The translations under genes and the position numbers were made by a program. A stretch of DNA of 63,889 nt, counting the filler, from Octopus bimaculoides (taxonomy: Eukaryota): the NCBI RefSeq assembly GCF_001194135.2. It is 6 parts of 6 records of this genome, joined end to end, with 100 filler letters (N's around TTAATTAATTAA, not from the genome) between each part and the next. Parts side by side here need not be neighbours in the genome. Positions count along the whole stretch, not along the records: positions 60,166 to 63,889 come from NC_069007.1; 5 more parts are not named here. One strand, given 5' to 3'. The notes under the pieces were generated by a model. It searched no databases and was not told the DNA's origin. It saw only the letters and a program-made list of their open reading frames with translations. Positions 62,871 to 63,889 of the stretch are shown here, piece by piece. Positions within the stretch are counted from its first letter, which is position 1, and every line of letters starts with the position of its first letter.

Positions 62871-63848
62871 TCCTCAGCAGATTAGCAATAATGGATAACT
62901 AAAAATAACCTGGTATTTCTTTAGAAATTCTTTAATATTCCGGCTAAACTAGTTCCAACATATTCTTCCCAATATGTCGGTTCTTTAACGAGAGATGAGT
63001 GAGAGACAGGTTCAGATGAATATAAAATAGATGAAAAAAAAATATTGATTGAAATAGTAAAAAAAAAAAAAACATTTAATGTTTGTCGCAGTTGTGACTA
63101 ATTCCAAACGACGAATTTGAACAAGATTAGAAGACATATGCAAAACTTCCTGTAATCTTGCTGGTTTTGTTCCATACGCTCTTTTCACACATTCTTTCGT
63201 CCTTTCTTTCTTTCTTTGCTCTGTTTTGTTTATTATGTTTTGTTCCTTTTTTTTCTTTTTTTCTAGGTTTGATATTAGTAATCTGTGTTATATGGCGATA
63301 CTCGTTGGTTGGGTGCGCTGACAGATCCGTAATACCAGTTAATTGGCTCTGTGTGTGTGTGTGTGTGTGNNNNNNNNNNTATATATACACACACACACTT
63401 CCGGCCATTTCATCATGTTGAACCGTTAATCTATACGCATTTAGTCGCGAGAGAGACAGAGAGAGACAGAGAGAGACAGAGAGTTGGAGGAGAAGAGATA
63501 CTCAGCTATATATTTGTTTAATAAGATACCAGAAAAAACCTAAGGTCCCAATCAAAACGAATTGTTGGTGTGTATGTATATATGCATGCTTGTATGTGTA
63601 TGTGTGTATGTGTATGTGTGTGTGTATCTGTGCGTGTGTGTGTGTGTGTGTGTCTGTGCGTGTGTGTGTGTGTGTGTGTATCTGTGCGTGTGTGTGTGAG
63701 TTTAGATAGATAGATACATAAATACATACATATATGTGTATATATTTATATAGGTTGATAGATCGCTACACAGACATACAGGTATGTTAGTGTGTATGTA
63801 TGTATGTATGTATGTATGCATGTGTGTATGTATGTATGGTTTTCTCTC

Positions 63849-63889
<41 letters not shown>

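Overview
Eukaryotic (animal) genomic DNA, rich in microsatellites and gaps. The repeat families look like those of Octopus (recalled, not verified). About five N-flanked TTAATTAATTAA strings are artificial contig linkers, so adjacency across them is uncertain. Nearly all listed ORFs are artefacts of simple repeats or N-runs. The only well-supported host gene is a minus-strand periostin/TGFBI-like (EMI + fasciclin) gene, with three consecutive spliced exons at 62309-62211, 61715-61651 and 61003-~60838. The rest is a dense field of decayed transposons: three tRNA-derived SINE families, mariner copies and MITEs, hAT and Merlin-like MITEs, a full-length 2.6 kb piggyBac nested in a Penelope-like element, a deleted Gypsy LTR element, and RTE, L1/Tx1 and R4/Dong-like LINE fragments. 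The most notable signal is one no ORF track shows: at least six type I hammerhead ribozyme motifs plus minimal or decayed ones. Almost all have a family-specific palindromic helix III. Four have an unusually long, structured helix II (57, 58, 61 and 89 nt) despite unrelated sequence. One sits just downstream of a Penelope GIY-YIG ORF, and two lie on the host gene's sense strand. All structures were folded by eye and none has been tested.
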